Below the pieces are notes generated by a model. It ran no database searches, was not told the DNA's origin, and saw nothing but the letters and a program-made list of their open reading frames with translations. Position numbers and translations under genes: made by a program. 64,000 nt of DNA from contig CAWDVW010000005.1 in NCBI GenBank assembly GCA_963805855.1, forward strand, positions 672,001-736,000. Direction: 5' to 3'. Below, piece after piece: positions 49,042 to 59,310 of the stretch. The DNA comes from Candidatus Dadabacteria bacterium (GTDB lineage Bacteria > Desulfobacterota_D > UBA1144 > Nemesobacterales > CSP1-2). Each line of letters starts with the position of its first letter. Position 1 is the stretch's first letter.

Positions 49042-50046
49042 TTAAACTATAAGCATAGCGTCGCCATAGCTGAGTAGTCGATACCTTTTTTCTATCGCCT
49101 CCTTATAGGCCTTAAAGATAAGTTCCTTTCCTGCGAATGCCGCGACTAACAAAATCAATGAGGACTTTGGTAGATGAAAATTAGTTATCAAAGCGTCAAC
49201 CACTTTAAAGCGAAAGCCTGGATAGATGAAGAGATCCGTAAATCCAGAGGAGGGTCTGACAATTCCCGAATCGTCGACACTCGATTCTAACGCCCTAACG
49301 ACAGTCGTCCCCACAGCAATTACCCTTCTACCCTCTTGCTTTGCCCGGTTAATTGCTCTTGAGGTCTCTTCAGGTATTTCCCTATATTCCTCATGCATAT
49401 GGTGATCTTCTATACGTAGAGTTTTAACAGGTTTGAAGGTCCCAATACCTACATGAAGTGTCAGATAATTTATTTCAACTCCGATTTTTTCCAGCCGGCT
49501 CAATAATTCATCTGAGAAATGAAGACCAGCAGTTGGAGCCGCTATCGCACCGCTTTCTCTCGCATAAACCGTTTGATAATAGACGTTATCGGCCTCTTCA
49601 GGTTCTCTGGTTATATAAGGCGGCAGCGGCATTTTGCCATACCGAACCAAATATTCATCGACTCCACTTCGAAAATCTATAAACCACTCGTCTCTACCAT
49701 CCTTATTTAATTTACCGCTTACCCCCCTATCAAATTTAATCTCCATCCCGTCCTTTGGATTTCTTACGAGACACTTCCATCTGCGCGTATTTATCTTATC
49801 AACCAGGAACACTTCTATCCTTTTCCCAGAATCTCTTTTCCCGTAAAGCCGCGCGGGGATGACCTTTGTGTTATTTAATACTAAGGAGTCTCCCTCACGC
49901 AATAGATCTTCGAGCTCATAGAACTTTCGATGCTGTATATTTCCCCTCCTGTCCACAACCATTAGATTGCAACAATCTCTCCTCTCCTCAGGATAAAAAG
50001 CCACCAAATCAGCAGGCAGATGATAACTGAACTCCTCTGTATTCAT
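49042..50046 (-). CDS. queA: tRNA preQ1(34) SAM ribosyltransferase-isomerase
   Basis: LVLNNTKVIPARL, MPLPPYI, YQTVYA, AAPTAGLHF, LHVGIGTF, VGTTVVRALES, TNFHLPKS, SYGDAM. Likely start ATG 50046. Confidence 0.97.
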   Translation of the reverse strand: MNTEEFSYHLPADLVAFYPEERRDCCNLMVVDRRGNIQHRKFYELEDLLREGDSLVLNNTKVIPARLYGKRDSGKRIEVFLVDKINTRRWKCLVRNPKDGMEIKFDRGVSGKLNKDGRDEWFIDFRSGVDEYLVRYGKMPLPPYITREPEEADNVYYQTVYARESGAIAAPTAGLHFSDELLSRLEKIGVEINYLTLHVGIGTFKPVKTLRIEDHHMHEEYREIPEETSRAINRAKQEGRRVIAVGTTVVRALESSVDDSGIVRPSSGFTDLFIYPGFRFKVVDALITNFHLPKSSLILLVAAFAGKELIFKAYKEAIEKRYRLLSYGDAMLIV

Positions 50047-50095
50047 TTTTTGGAAACCAGACAAGAATTATTTTCTTAAGGAAGTAGTAAGTTCT

Positions 50096-51304
50096 TTATT
50101 TTCTGTTTCGCTCCAATAGCTTTTTCATCGAAAGCCTGAGCGCATTAAGCTTAATGAAGCCGGTCGCATCAGATTGATTGTATACCGAATCTTCTTCAAA
50201 GGTTGCCAGATCCTTCTGATAGAGTGAGAAGCTGGATCTTCTGCCGGCCACAGTTACATTCCCTTTATATATCTTTAACCTTGAAGTACCTGTGACATTT
50301 TTCTGAGACTCTTCAATTGCCGCTCTAATCATTTCCATCTCTGATGAATACCAGAATCCATAATAAATCAACTCCGAAAACTTTGGGGTAAGCGAATCCC
50401 TCAGATGCATCACCTCTCTGTCCATCGTTAGGGACTCCACGGCTCTATGTGCAATTTGCAATATAGTTCCGCCAGGAGTTTCGTAAACCCCTCTTGACTT
50501 TATACCAACAAACCTGTTTTCCACCATATCGACCCTGCCGACTCCGTTCTTTCCACCAATTTCGTTCAATTTATAGAGGAGATCAACTGGAGGGAGATCT
50601 TCGCCATCCAATTTCACCGGAACGCCTTCCTCGAAATCAATATCAATAAACGTGGGCTCATCTGGCGCATCCTCAGGTGAAACAGTCATTTCGAACATAT
50701 CCTCGGGAGGGAGTTGCCACGGATCCTCGAGTACCCCTCCTTCGTAGCTGGTATGAAATAAATTCCTGTCACAGCTGTAAGGTTTCTTGAGAGTTACAGG
50801 AACCGGGATCCCATGCTCCTTTGCATAGGAAATAAGGTCGTTTCTTGATCTTAGATTCCATTGTCTCCACGGGGCTATTACCTGAATCTCTGGATTAATT
50901 GCGTAGTATGTAAGCTCAAATCTAACCTGGTCGTTGCCCTTGCCCGTGGATCCGTGCGCGACAGCGAATGCATTTTCTTTTTCAGCTATTTCCATCTGCC
51001 GCTTAGCAATGAGCGGCCTTGCCAGGGAAGTGCCGAGTAGATAAGTTCCTTCATAAACAGCATTGCCCTTAAGTGCGGTAAACACAAAATCCTTAACAAA
51101 CTCGTCTCTAAGATCCTCAACATAAACCTTCGTTGCGCCTGTCTTTATGGCCTTTTGCTTGATCTCATTAAGATCCTCGCCCTGGCCCAGATCCGCTATG
51201 TATGCAACGACATCGCTCTTATATTCCTCAATAAGCCAGCACAATATTACAGACGTATCAAGCCCGCCCGAGTAAGCAAGAACAATTTTCTCTTTATCTC
51301 TCAT
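50096..51304 (-). CDS. argG: Argininosuccinate synthase
   Basis: [53 protein letters not shown]. Confidence 0.98.
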   Translation of the reverse strand: MRDKEKIVLAYSGGLDTSVILCWLIEEYKSDVVAYIADLGQGEDLNEIKQKAIKTGATKVYVEDLRDEFVKDFVFTALKGNAVYEGTYLLGTSLARPLIAKRQMEIAEKENAFAVAHGSTGKGNDQVRFELTYYAINPEIQVIAPWRQWNLRSRNDLISYAKEHGIPVPVTLKKPYSCDRNLFHTSYEGGVLEDPWQLPPEDMFEMTVSPEDAPDEPTFIDIDFEEGVPVKLDGEDLPPVDLLYKLNEIGGKNGVGRVDMVENRFVGIKSRGVYETPGGTILQIAHRAVESLTMDREVMHLRDSLTPKFSELIYYGFWYSSEMEMIRAAIEESQKNVTGTSRLKIYKGNVTVAGRRSSFSLYQKDLATFEEDSVYNQSDATGFIKLNALRLSMKKLLERNRK

Positions 51305-51564
51305 TTCGGATTATTTCCTCCCGCATCGCTTTTTTCGTCTATCCAGGGGAAATCTTCTATTATTCAGATGTAACTCTTTTCTAAAAAACCGCCTAGACAA
51401 AAATTCAATTTTAACTGACCTAAATCAATCCATAACATTTCATAAAAGAACACAGCAGGAACGAAACATTCATATTCATAGTGTAATGAAGAGGTAGTTT
51501 AAAGGCATTTAACCTTACACGACTGGATTACATTGAAATTTTCATTTACGTAAAATTAGTTATC

Positions 51565-52011
51565 CTATTTACCCGGCTCGCGGCTTCCCCTCAGATCATG
51601 TAGGTAAAATCTAACATCTTTATTTTCATAAAATTTCTCTAATGAAAAGCCAATATACTCTAGCTTTTCATCATCGTCTCCCATATATGATGCCCTCTTC
51701 ACCTCGTTTGACAACTTGCAAACTATCGGAATGTCCTCGGCCGGATTTTCGTGTGATATGAACCCTACCTGGAATTCTCCATCGATCTTGAAATCAACAG
51801 GAAGTGCGAAGCCCACAGCTAGTTTTGCATTTATCAACTCAACAACCATTAGTTTTGCCGTAGTACTCCCCCCCGTTGTTTCCGAGCCACCGGTTACTTC
51901 AAACATATAGCCGTAATAGTCTATAGCAATGTCCTTTTCGCCAATCGATTTCAGATACATGTAGTCCTCGGCATCGAGCCAGCACATAATCTGTATCATG
52001 CCTACCTCCAA
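51565..52011 (-). CDS. Hypothetical protein
   Basis: 148-aa acidic ORF (ATG 51999 after GGAGG is a likely start); no motif recognised. Confidence 0.7.
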   Translation of the reverse strand: MEVGMIQIMCWLDAEDYMYLKSIGEKDIAIDYYGYMFEVTGGSETTGGSTTAKLMVVELINAKLAVGFALPVDFKIDGEFQVGFISHENPAEDIPIVCKLSNEVKRASYMGDDDEKLEYIGFSLEKFYENKDVRFYLHDLRGSREPGK

Positions 52012-52074
52012 TTGTTTCTTTTAGTTCTCCATGATTAAAATAGGATGATAATAATAACAGCATATTTAATAACA

Positions 52075-52755
52075 CTAAACCAGCCCGATGAAGCTCAGCT
52101 GCCTACCAACCCCTTTACCCTCCCTCCGATAAGAGTGAAAGTCTCCGTTACACATAGTGCAAATATCCATAACTTCAAAATTTGCTACCCCTGCGTCAAG
52201 CAAGTTTCTAGCGTTAGCCATTCTTAAATCAATAAAGTATTTCGAATCATTCTTTTTATACAAAAACTCACTCCATGTTTCGTACTTCTTCATGAACTGG
52301 TTGGCTACCTCTTCGCCAACCTCGTAGCAGCACACACCAATTGATGGCCCTATAGCTGCGGAAATCTTAGAGGACAAGATACCATAATCTTTCTCAATCC
52401 TCTTAATAGTCCTATTCACGATCCCAGAAAGAGTGCCCCTCCAACCAGCGTGCACAGCAGCTACGACTCTTGCTTCCCCATCGACCAGGAGCAAAGGAAC
52501 ACAATCAGCTGTGTAAATACCGACTCCAAGATTCCTCATACTCGTTACAATAGCGTCGCCTACTGTCCTGTTCTCTTTTGTTACTTCATCATTTAGGAGA
52601 AATACAATATCGCTGTGAATCTGCTTTATCGTGTAAATCCTTTTTAGCCCAGAACAGTGTGCGGCATCATCGATATCCCCAATAAAATTCTTGCTTAAGA
52701 ATCCATGAACTACCTTGCCAATATTCGACAAATTTTGTGATATAACGGAATTCAT
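52075..52755 (-). CDS. pgeF: Peptidoglycan editing factor / purine nucleoside phosphorylase PgeF (YfiH)
   Basis: KQIHS, TADCVPLLL, AVHAGWRG, IGPSIGVCCYEVG, CTMC..FHSYRR; follows rluD. Confidence 0.93.
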   Translation of the reverse strand: MNSVISQNLSNIGKVVHGFLSKNFIGDIDDAAHCSGLKRIYTIKQIHSDIVFLLNDEVTKENRTVGDAIVTSMRNLGVGIYTADCVPLLLVDGEARVVAAVHAGWRGTLSGIVNRTIKRIEKDYGILSSKISAAIGPSIGVCCYEVGEEVANQFMKKYETWSEFLYKKNDSKYFIDLRMANARNLLDAGVANFEVMDICTMCNGDFHSYRREGKGVGRQLSFIGLV

Positions 52756-52762
52756 TTATAGG

Positions 52763-53719
52763 TTAATTTTTCTCTTGAAAAAGCCCAATAACGTGCCTCA
52801 AGTCTTCTGCAAGAGGAGCAGAAAACTCCATCATATTCCCCGATCTTGGGTGCTTGAAACACAACTTAGAAGCATGAAGTGCTTGCCTTCCCAACTTCTT
52901 TGAAACATACTCCAAAAAAGGAGTCCCATATCTCTTTGGCCCATACACGTCATCCCCTAAGAGCGGAAATCCATTGTCTGCGAAGTGAACCCTGATCTGA
53001 TGAGTCCTACCGGTCTTCGGTTCAATTTCAACCATAGTGACTTGGTCATATCTTTTTATAATTCTCCAGCTAGTCAAGGCTTCTCTGCCTGTTTTTGTCT
53101 TTGTAGTCATCTTAACCCTATTTGTTGGATGTCTGCTTATGGGAAACGAAAATCTACCTGAGTCTTTCTCTATTTCTCCTGCAACCAGTGCTATATACAT
53201 TTTTTTTACTAGCCTTGCTTTAAACTGGTCGGCAAGGTGCTGATGTGAAAAATCGTTTTTTGCAACCACAATTATTCCGGACGTATTCTTATCGAGTCGA
53301 TGAACTATCCCTGGCCTAATTTTTCCACCAATTCCGGATAGACCATTACATCGGTATAGTAGCGCATTTACCAGGGTCCCATCTCTTATTCCGGCACCCG
53401 GGTGAACCGTTAACCCGGGAGGTTTATTTACCAGAATTATTTCATCGTCCTCATATACAATCGAAATGTTTATATCTTGCGGTTGAACATTCAAAGGTTC
53501 GGGAGGACGGATGACGACGGATATCACCTCACCACCGTTAAGTCTCTTCGAAGGTTTTATAGCCTTACCTTCTACCAGTATGCTTTTTTCACTTATTAGT
53601 CTTCTGATCTGTGATCGAGTAAGATCGGATCGTAGATGGGAAACCGCCATATCTGCTCTCAGTCCAGAAAGACCCTCAGGCACACGAAACACATCAAAAT
53701 TATCCTCTTTTATATTCAT
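52763..53719 (-). CDS. rluD: 23S rRNA pseudouridine synthase RluD
   Basis: S4 domain, VNKPPGLTVHPG, RPGIVHRLDKNTSG, TGRTHQIRVH, QALHA. Confidence 0.92.
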   Translation of the reverse strand: MNIKEDNFDVFRVPEGLSGLRADMAVSHLRSDLTRSQIRRLISEKSILVEGKAIKPSKRLNGGEVISVVIRPPEPLNVQPQDINISIVYEDDEIILVNKPPGLTVHPGAGIRDGTLVNALLYRCNGLSGIGGKIRPGIVHRLDKNTSGIIVVAKNDFSHQHLADQFKARLVKKMYIALVAGEIEKDSGRFSFPISRHPTNRVKMTTKTKTGREALTSWRIIKRYDQVTMVEIEPKTGRTHQIRVHFADNGFPLLGDDVYGPKRYGTPFLEYVSKKLGRQALHASKLCFKHPRSGNMMEFSAPLAEDLRHVIGLFQEKN

Positions 53720-53756
53720 AGATATTAGTCTTAATGCTAAACCCTTATTACGAGTA

Positions 53757-54893
53757 TCAGTTACCTCCCTTTACTCTCTCCTTAATCACCCTGGCGGCTG
53801 ACGTCGTGACAACGAACGGCCGGGGATGTTTTTATCATTCATGATGCTCCTGAGGTCCCTATCCCTTATATAGCGCAAAAAATTCAGCGATATATGTAAC
53901 GGCGTTTTGGGATTACTAACCAGACTATACTTTATCTGATACTGCCTTACCCACCTGCGGGTTTCTGCAATCGTTCTTAATACGTCCTCGTCGACGACCT
54001 TCGGATTGCACGAAAAGAAGAACCTCTGATTCGGTTAGCCTCGGATTCTTCAATACAGAGCAAGCTATCATCTTACTCTGGTCGCGAATCAATAACGAAT
54101 GTGCCTCTCTATTACCGAGAATAGCAAGTTTTAATCTTTCAGAAAAATTCATCGCCTTTATTTTATTGAACAGCATGCCTCGATTTTTTTCACTGATCTC
54201 CTCATCGGCTTCCCTTATGAGATCGTCAGATAATTCAACTTTATCCAAAAAGGCGTCCTGTGAATCCGAAATGATGTCGGAACTGAAGTCTATCAATTGC
54301 TTATCATTTGCTCCAAGAGATTCTGGATCATCATCCGAAGACTTTTTTGTCAGTTCTTCTTTAAGAAAATCAGTGATTTTATCATCATCGATCAAATACT
54401 GCCCTAAATATGAGATTAATTCCTCCATTGTGGAACGGTTCAATGACGGGTTACTGCATAGAGCCTCAACTATACCCTCGGATCGCAACATAAGTTCTTT
54501 ATTGCTGGTCATAAGTTCCAGAAGATTCTGGTCATGTACCGTCTTGGCGATATGTTCAATGGTACTGTCAGAGGTTGAGTGATTCAAAATTATGGCTTTG
54601 ATTTGGTTCATATCTGAGGATAATCTTGCAAAATAATCAAGGAGCTCCGGAGGAGTCATTTCATCGGACAGTATAGAGGATATGGTCTCCTCCGGTAGAG
54701 TTTTAATGGTCTCTTCCGACAGTTTACTTATTTCTTCATCGTTGTCCCTCGGAAGGGCGTAGAGTATTAAGACAAGCTCTTTAGGTAGAACGGCTATCTG
54801 GCCCTTTGCAGCCTTCAACCGCCTTTCCCTTGAGACAGACGGTGAAACATAACTATTGATCCTTTGTGTAAACCTTTCCATAACACCCAACAA
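53757..54893 (-). pseudogene. Helical-repeat hypothetical protein with frameshifted C-terminus (pseudogene or sequence errors)
   Basis: Track ORF 53925-54893 loses sense after ..LLFVQS. The +1 frame continues KVVDEDVLRTIAETRRWVRQYQIKYSLVSNPKTPLHISLNFLRYIRDRDLRSIMNDKNIP. A further shift gives VVTTSAARVIKERVKGGN* ending at 53757. Confidence 0.7.
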
Positions 54894-55041
54894 AATTTTC
54901 TACATCATCTGTGACCCAAAGCGTGAGCCAGCATGAATGAAAATATACAAATTATATTTTTATTATACCTAAGCAGGAAAGTTCTAATAAACTGAATCAC
55001 GCCCTGAGAAATGGCGTTACATGATCGAGTGGAAATCGTAT

Positions 55042-55812
55042 CTAATTATTCCTGACATAGACCTTTCTAGATCTACATTTAATCAAATCAGAAGCCCGTC
55101 CTCTATTTACAGACAATTCAAGAAATCCCGAGCTGCCTATGACGGCCAAAAGCTCACCCTCGGACGCGTCGGAATATGATTTACAAACCCCATTTATTAC
55201 TATATCGCACACGCATAGCCTGGAATTTGAATCGACCATGCTACCGGGAATGTTTGTTATAAGGTTCCCGAATGTGTCCTCGTATATCACTTCGCCAATG
55301 ATCTGTCCCTCTCCAATATCAGGCTCTTTTATTTCAAGCATGAATGGATTAGTTAATCTCTTTCCTAAATCCCCGATAGAAACACCCAGAGAAAGATGCG
55401 CAGCAGCAGGCGCAAATATGTCCCTTCCATGAAATGTAAAACTTACCCTGGACAGAAAGTATTTTGGGTTAGAAATTTCATATGCCCTAAACGATTCTGA
55501 TTCAAGAATGACATAGGTAAAAACTCCGTTATCGGGGCCCACAAAAAATTTTTCATCCGCTTCCAAGACAATAGGCTTCCTGATGCTGCCTACACCGGGA
55601 TCAACGACGACTATATGTATCGTTTCTTTGGGGAAATACGGAACGAAGCTTTTGAGGGTAAAAGCAGCACTGAAGACATCGTGGGCCGGAATCTCATGTG
55701 TGATATCCGTAATAGTAACATCAGGGTTAATAGTATAGATGACTCCTTTCATCGAACCCATATAATGATCCCTATTACCAAAATCCGTGGTTAAAGTTAT
55801 AATACGCTTCAT
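55042..55812 (-). CDS. SAM hydroxide adenosyltransferase (DUF62; chlorinase/fluorinase superfamily)
   Basis: ITLTTDFG, VVVDPGVGSIR, FVGPDNG, TFHGRDIFAPAAA, DTFGNLITN. Confidence 0.9.
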   Translation of the reverse strand: MKRIITLTTDFGNRDHYMGSMKGVIYTINPDVTITDITHEIPAHDVFSAAFTLKSFVPYFPKETIHIVVVDPGVGSIRKPIVLEADEKFFVGPDNGVFTYVILESESFRAYEISNPKYFLSRVSFTFHGRDIFAPAAAHLSLGVSIGDLGKRLTNPFMLEIKEPDIGEGQIIGEVIYEDTFGNLITNIPGSMVDSNSRLCVCDIVINGVCKSYSDASEGELLAVIGSSGFLELSVNRGRASDLIKCRSRKVYVRNN

Positions 55813-55883
55813 GTCGATTTGCCCGATACTTATTTGAACGATAAATTCTATTAATAAATTACCCGAATAGGATCTATAAAAAA

Positions 55884-56630
55884 ATGAGGCTGACTATCCT
55901 TGGCTCTGGCACCTGTGTTCCCTATAATAGGAGAGGTTCTTCATCCTATGCACTCGAGCTCCCAAAAACGAAAATGCTACTAGACTGTGGAAACGGAGCC
56001 ACCTGGAAGCTTGGAAAGGTTGGGATTAACTATTTAGATATAGATCACATACTCATAACACATTTTCATCCTGATCATACATCCGATCTGATACCTTTTC
56101 TATTTGCCACTAGATATTCATACGGTTCGACACGAGAAAAACCATTACACTTATGGGGACCTCCGGGATTCGGGGGTTTTTTCTCCGCTTTAAAAGAGGC
56201 CTATAGTGATTGGATTACACCAGAAGAACTCCTGGTAAACGATATTGAATGTGACAGGATGCAACTAGGAGATTTTATTCTAAGGTCAGCGCACACCCTT
56301 CACACAGAAAACAGCCTTGCATACAGGATTGATTCGGAAGGAAAATCGCTTGTTTACACGGGTGATACAGACTACTCAGAATCACTGGTCAAACTTGCAG
56401 AAAACACCGATATTTTGCTGATTGAATGCTCAATGCCAGACGATTTAAAGGTCGAGGGACATCTCAGTCCCGCCGGAGTCAGCAGGATTGCATATGAGTC
56501 AGGAGCAAAAAAGATAATACTCACCCACTTGTACCCTGTTTGCGACGAAAGTGATATTTTGGCCCTGATGAGGAATCAAATAGACGCTGATGTCGTAGTG
56601 GCCGAGGATTTACTTGTGATTACATTATGA
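55884..56630 (+). CDS. Metallo-beta-lactamase-fold hydrolase (RNase Z-like)
   Basis: LTILGSG, LLDCGNG, THFHPDH, YTGDT, GHLS, LTHLYP. Confidence 0.88.
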   Translation: MRLTILGSGTCVPYNRRGSSSYALELPKTKMLLDCGNGATWKLGKVGINYLDIDHILITHFHPDHTSDLIPFLFATRYSYGSTREKPLHLWGPPGFGGFFSALKEAYSDWITPEELLVNDIECDRMQLGDFILRSAHTLHTENSLAYRIDSEGKSLVYTGDTDYSESLVKLAENTDILLIECSMPDDLKVEGHLSPAGVSRIAYESGAKKIILTHLYPVCDESDILALMRNQIDADVVVAEDLLVITL

Positions 56631-56710
56631 CATGCTGTAATTTGGTTTTTTTAGTGATATACTGAAATAATCGCAACAAAATAGATCGAAAAAATAGGAG
56701 GTATACCATT

Positions 56711-57592
56711 ATGGACCTCTTCGAAGCAATAGGTTCAAGGAGAAGCATTAGGTTCTTCAAACCATGGAAACCGGTTGAAGAATGGAAGATTCAGATGATG
56801 CTGCAAGCTGCAAGATATGCATCCTGTCAGGGCAACTGCGGTTCGACAGAAGCCATCGTTATAGACAAAAGAACTTATCCAAAAGACAAATTTGAACAGA
56901 TCGTCGAGTGTGCTTCACCCTTTAATGAAATACATCTGAGACAGGCCCCGATCGTCATAGCCTGGCTTCTGAATCTGGATGCATGGTACAAGGAGTTAGT
57001 GCAGTCATTTGCGGTACTTTTCCCTGCAAGGGCAATAAGCGCCGCGCACGGATGGACATACAAGCTGCTTACAGAGGTAACATACCCTCGTCTCATGAGC
57101 TTTCCCCGTGACAGAACAGAGGATCTTTTAAGGATTGAAGCGGGCCAGGCAATAGCTCATTCACTACTCATGGCTACCGAGCTCGGCCTTGGGTGTTGCC
57201 TTCTCGCTACAGGAAGAAAACCAGCCGAGTTTCCTAAGGTTCTTGGAACACCCGACAATGTCGTCCCAATATGGCTCATGGCGGTTGGTTATCCACTCGA
57301 AAGCCCTGGACAGAGACCCAGAAAGCGTTTTGATAGGCTGTTTCACTCTAATACCTATGGCAATCCCCTAAAAGAAGATCCAAAAGTAAAAGAAGATCTA
57401 AGAAAGAAAAACATGATCCAGCCAATGGACCCGCTCCCTGGGAGGGAGGAAGAGATCAAGCACATATGCAGGATGTTTGGATTTACAGAAGACATGCCCG
57501 ATATGCCGAAGGAGCACATAAAGGCTCTATACAGTGAAGAATCTCCCTATTTCGGAGAGCTGCCTGAGGGACTTGAGGAGAAGGGGGTTTAG
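56711..57592 (+). CDS. Nitroreductase family flavoprotein
   Basis: AGGAGG RBS; AIGSRRSIRFF, ATELGLGCC, MAVGYP...RPRK. Confidence 0.85.
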   Translation: MDLFEAIGSRRSIRFFKPWKPVEEWKIQMMLQAARYASCQGNCGSTEAIVIDKRTYPKDKFEQIVECASPFNEIHLRQAPIVIAWLLNLDAWYKELVQSFAVLFPARAISAAHGWTYKLLTEVTYPRLMSFPRDRTEDLLRIEAGQAIAHSLLMATELGLGCCLLATGRKPAEFPKVLGTPDNVVPIWLMAVGYPLESPGQRPRKRFDRLFHSNTYGNPLKEDPKVKEDLRKKNMIQPMDPLPGREEEIKHICRMFGFTEDMPDMPKEHIKALYSEESPYFGELPEGLEEKGV

Positions 57593-57933
57593 ATAAGTCA
57601 CTGCAAAAAGAAACCTTCCCGCTTCAAGAAGAAGGAAGATATCCATCGCAATTTCGACTGAGAGATTAACAATTCTCCTTCTCAATATGAGAGATTATAA
57701 CCGGTCGTAGGATCCAGAATGAGTACCCTAATCTGATTAAAAAGCGCACGAAATCGAAATTTATCTCTTCTTTCTTTCACTTTCGTAAAGGGGGAAGAGA
57801 GATAGATTTCTTCTTTAGAACCCGAGGAAGACATTAAATAATTACCGTCGTTCCCGGCAAAGGGAGAAGATCAATCCTTTCGCGTTTTAGAGCGAAGGAC
57901 ACCTATAATCTATAAATATAAACTTGCAAATAC

Positions 57934-57987
57934 GTAGCGGAGGGCTTTAGCCCTCCATATTTGTGGAGACCTAAAGGTCTCCTCTAC
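57934..57987. repeat. GTAG-tagged REP doublet (REPIN-like)
   Basis: GTAGCGGAGGGCTTTAGCCCTCCA-N6-TGGAGACCTAAAGGTCTCCTCTAC; same family as 2125-2195 and 48811. Confidence 0.85.
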
Positions 57988-58080
57988 AAGCCTGCTTTTT
58001 CAATTCATGACGAGGAAGCATGCGCTGAGCCCCTATGAGTGAGCCTGTCGAACCTTCGAAGGGTCTAAGGAAAGTTGCGA

Positions 58081-59244
58081 CTAATTATGCCCGTCCAACT
58101 TGGAGACCAGCTCCAGCACCGCGCCTTTTACCTCTTCAACTGAGATGTCGCCAAGGCATCTCACCTCATAAGGGCATTTTGGAGTGTATCCGAACCTCGT
58201 ACAGGGACTGCAGGGAAGGTGTTTATTTAATGCGATGTTGCTGTTGCCAATTGGAGCCCACTTCTTCTGAATTCCCGCGCCGAAGAGGGAAACAGTTGGT
58301 GTTCCCACACCATAGGCAATGTGCATAAGCCCCGTATCTGTAGATACCAATAAATCAAGCTGGGACATTATTGCCGCGGTTTCGATTAAGGAGGTCTTCC
58401 CGGCATAGTTGATAGTAAAATCCCCACTGGCGATTTCATCTAATTTAACTGAATCATCTACATCCTCATTTCCTCCAATGATCACAATTCCAAAACCCTC
58501 ATTTATTAAGCCCTCTGCCAGCGCCACAAATTTACTTATTCCCCACCTCCTTTCAGGTGTTGTTGCCCCGCTGAATATCCCCGCAATTGCAGCGCATCTA
58601 TTCCTTAGTTCATTTATTTGAGGACTAAACTTCAATATTAGCTTTCCCCCTATCGGTATAAATGGTGACATATTATTAAATTCGTGACTATCTCCGGTAA
58701 TTGTTGAAGCTAAATTCAGAAAGCTAAAGACCTCATATTGATCATGGCTGTACGGAACTGCGTGTGTAAAGAGTTCAGATCTGTCGTTGGTACCAAACCC
58801 AACCCTTATCGGTGCCCTCGTTAAGTAAGCAAAAACGGCAGACAGCCTATGCCACTGTTCCGAGTCGATGACTATGTCATAATTCCTCTTAAGAGTTTTA
58901 TAAAGTGCAAAAAAAAGTCCTGAGTCATACAAGAATACTTCACTTACATAAGGACAACCGATGAAAATTCCCGAATTCCTCTTTTCAGCAAGTACGTCTA
59001 TTTCAGAATTATTGAAATGCCATTTTAAAGCATTTAGTAGGGGATATAGAAGGGCTGCATCACCGATCCCACCCGGTCTTATGACAAGTATCTTTAGCTT
59101 TTTTTCTGATTCTGTGGTAACTGAGAAATTCTGTGTCTGATTAGTTTCTCCCGGCCTCGGTTTTATAAAAGCCCTTGCGAGAAAACCTGCCGGCCTGCCC
59201 AAAATAGCATCCAGTTTTTTTAAGCCCTCAATTTTGAAGTTCAT
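58081..59244 (-). CDS. Glycosyltransferase family 9 (heptosyltransferase-like)
   Basis: ILVIRPGGIGD, GKTSLIETAA, STDTGLMHIAYGVGTPTVSLFG, CSPC...C...RC. Confidence 0.9.
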   Translation of the reverse strand: MNFKIEGLKKLDAILGRPAGFLARAFIKPRPGETNQTQNFSVTTESEKKLKILVIRPGGIGDAALLYPLLNALKWHFNNSEIDVLAEKRNSGIFIGCPYVSEVFLYDSGLFFALYKTLKRNYDIVIDSEQWHRLSAVFAYLTRAPIRVGFGTNDRSELFTHAVPYSHDQYEVFSFLNLASTITGDSHEFNNMSPFIPIGGKLILKFSPQINELRNRCAAIAGIFSGATTPERRWGISKFVALAEGLINEGFGIVIIGGNEDVDDSVKLDEIASGDFTINYAGKTSLIETAAIMSQLDLLVSTDTGLMHIAYGVGTPTVSLFGAGIQKKWAPIGNSNIALNKHLPCSPCTRFGYTPKCPYEVRCLGDISVEEVKGAVLELVSKLDGHN

Positions 59245-59310
59245 TTCAAGGAGTACAATATATTACTACATCGGTGCCGAATTGGGGAATTTAAGTGAGG
59301 GCAGGAATGA

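Noticed and set aside
55042-55812. Fluorinase or chlorinase
   Set aside because: The length (256 aa) and the Asp/Arg/His motifs (DPGVG..R, FHGRD) fit the common DUF62 SAM hydrolase, and there is no halometabolite cluster context.
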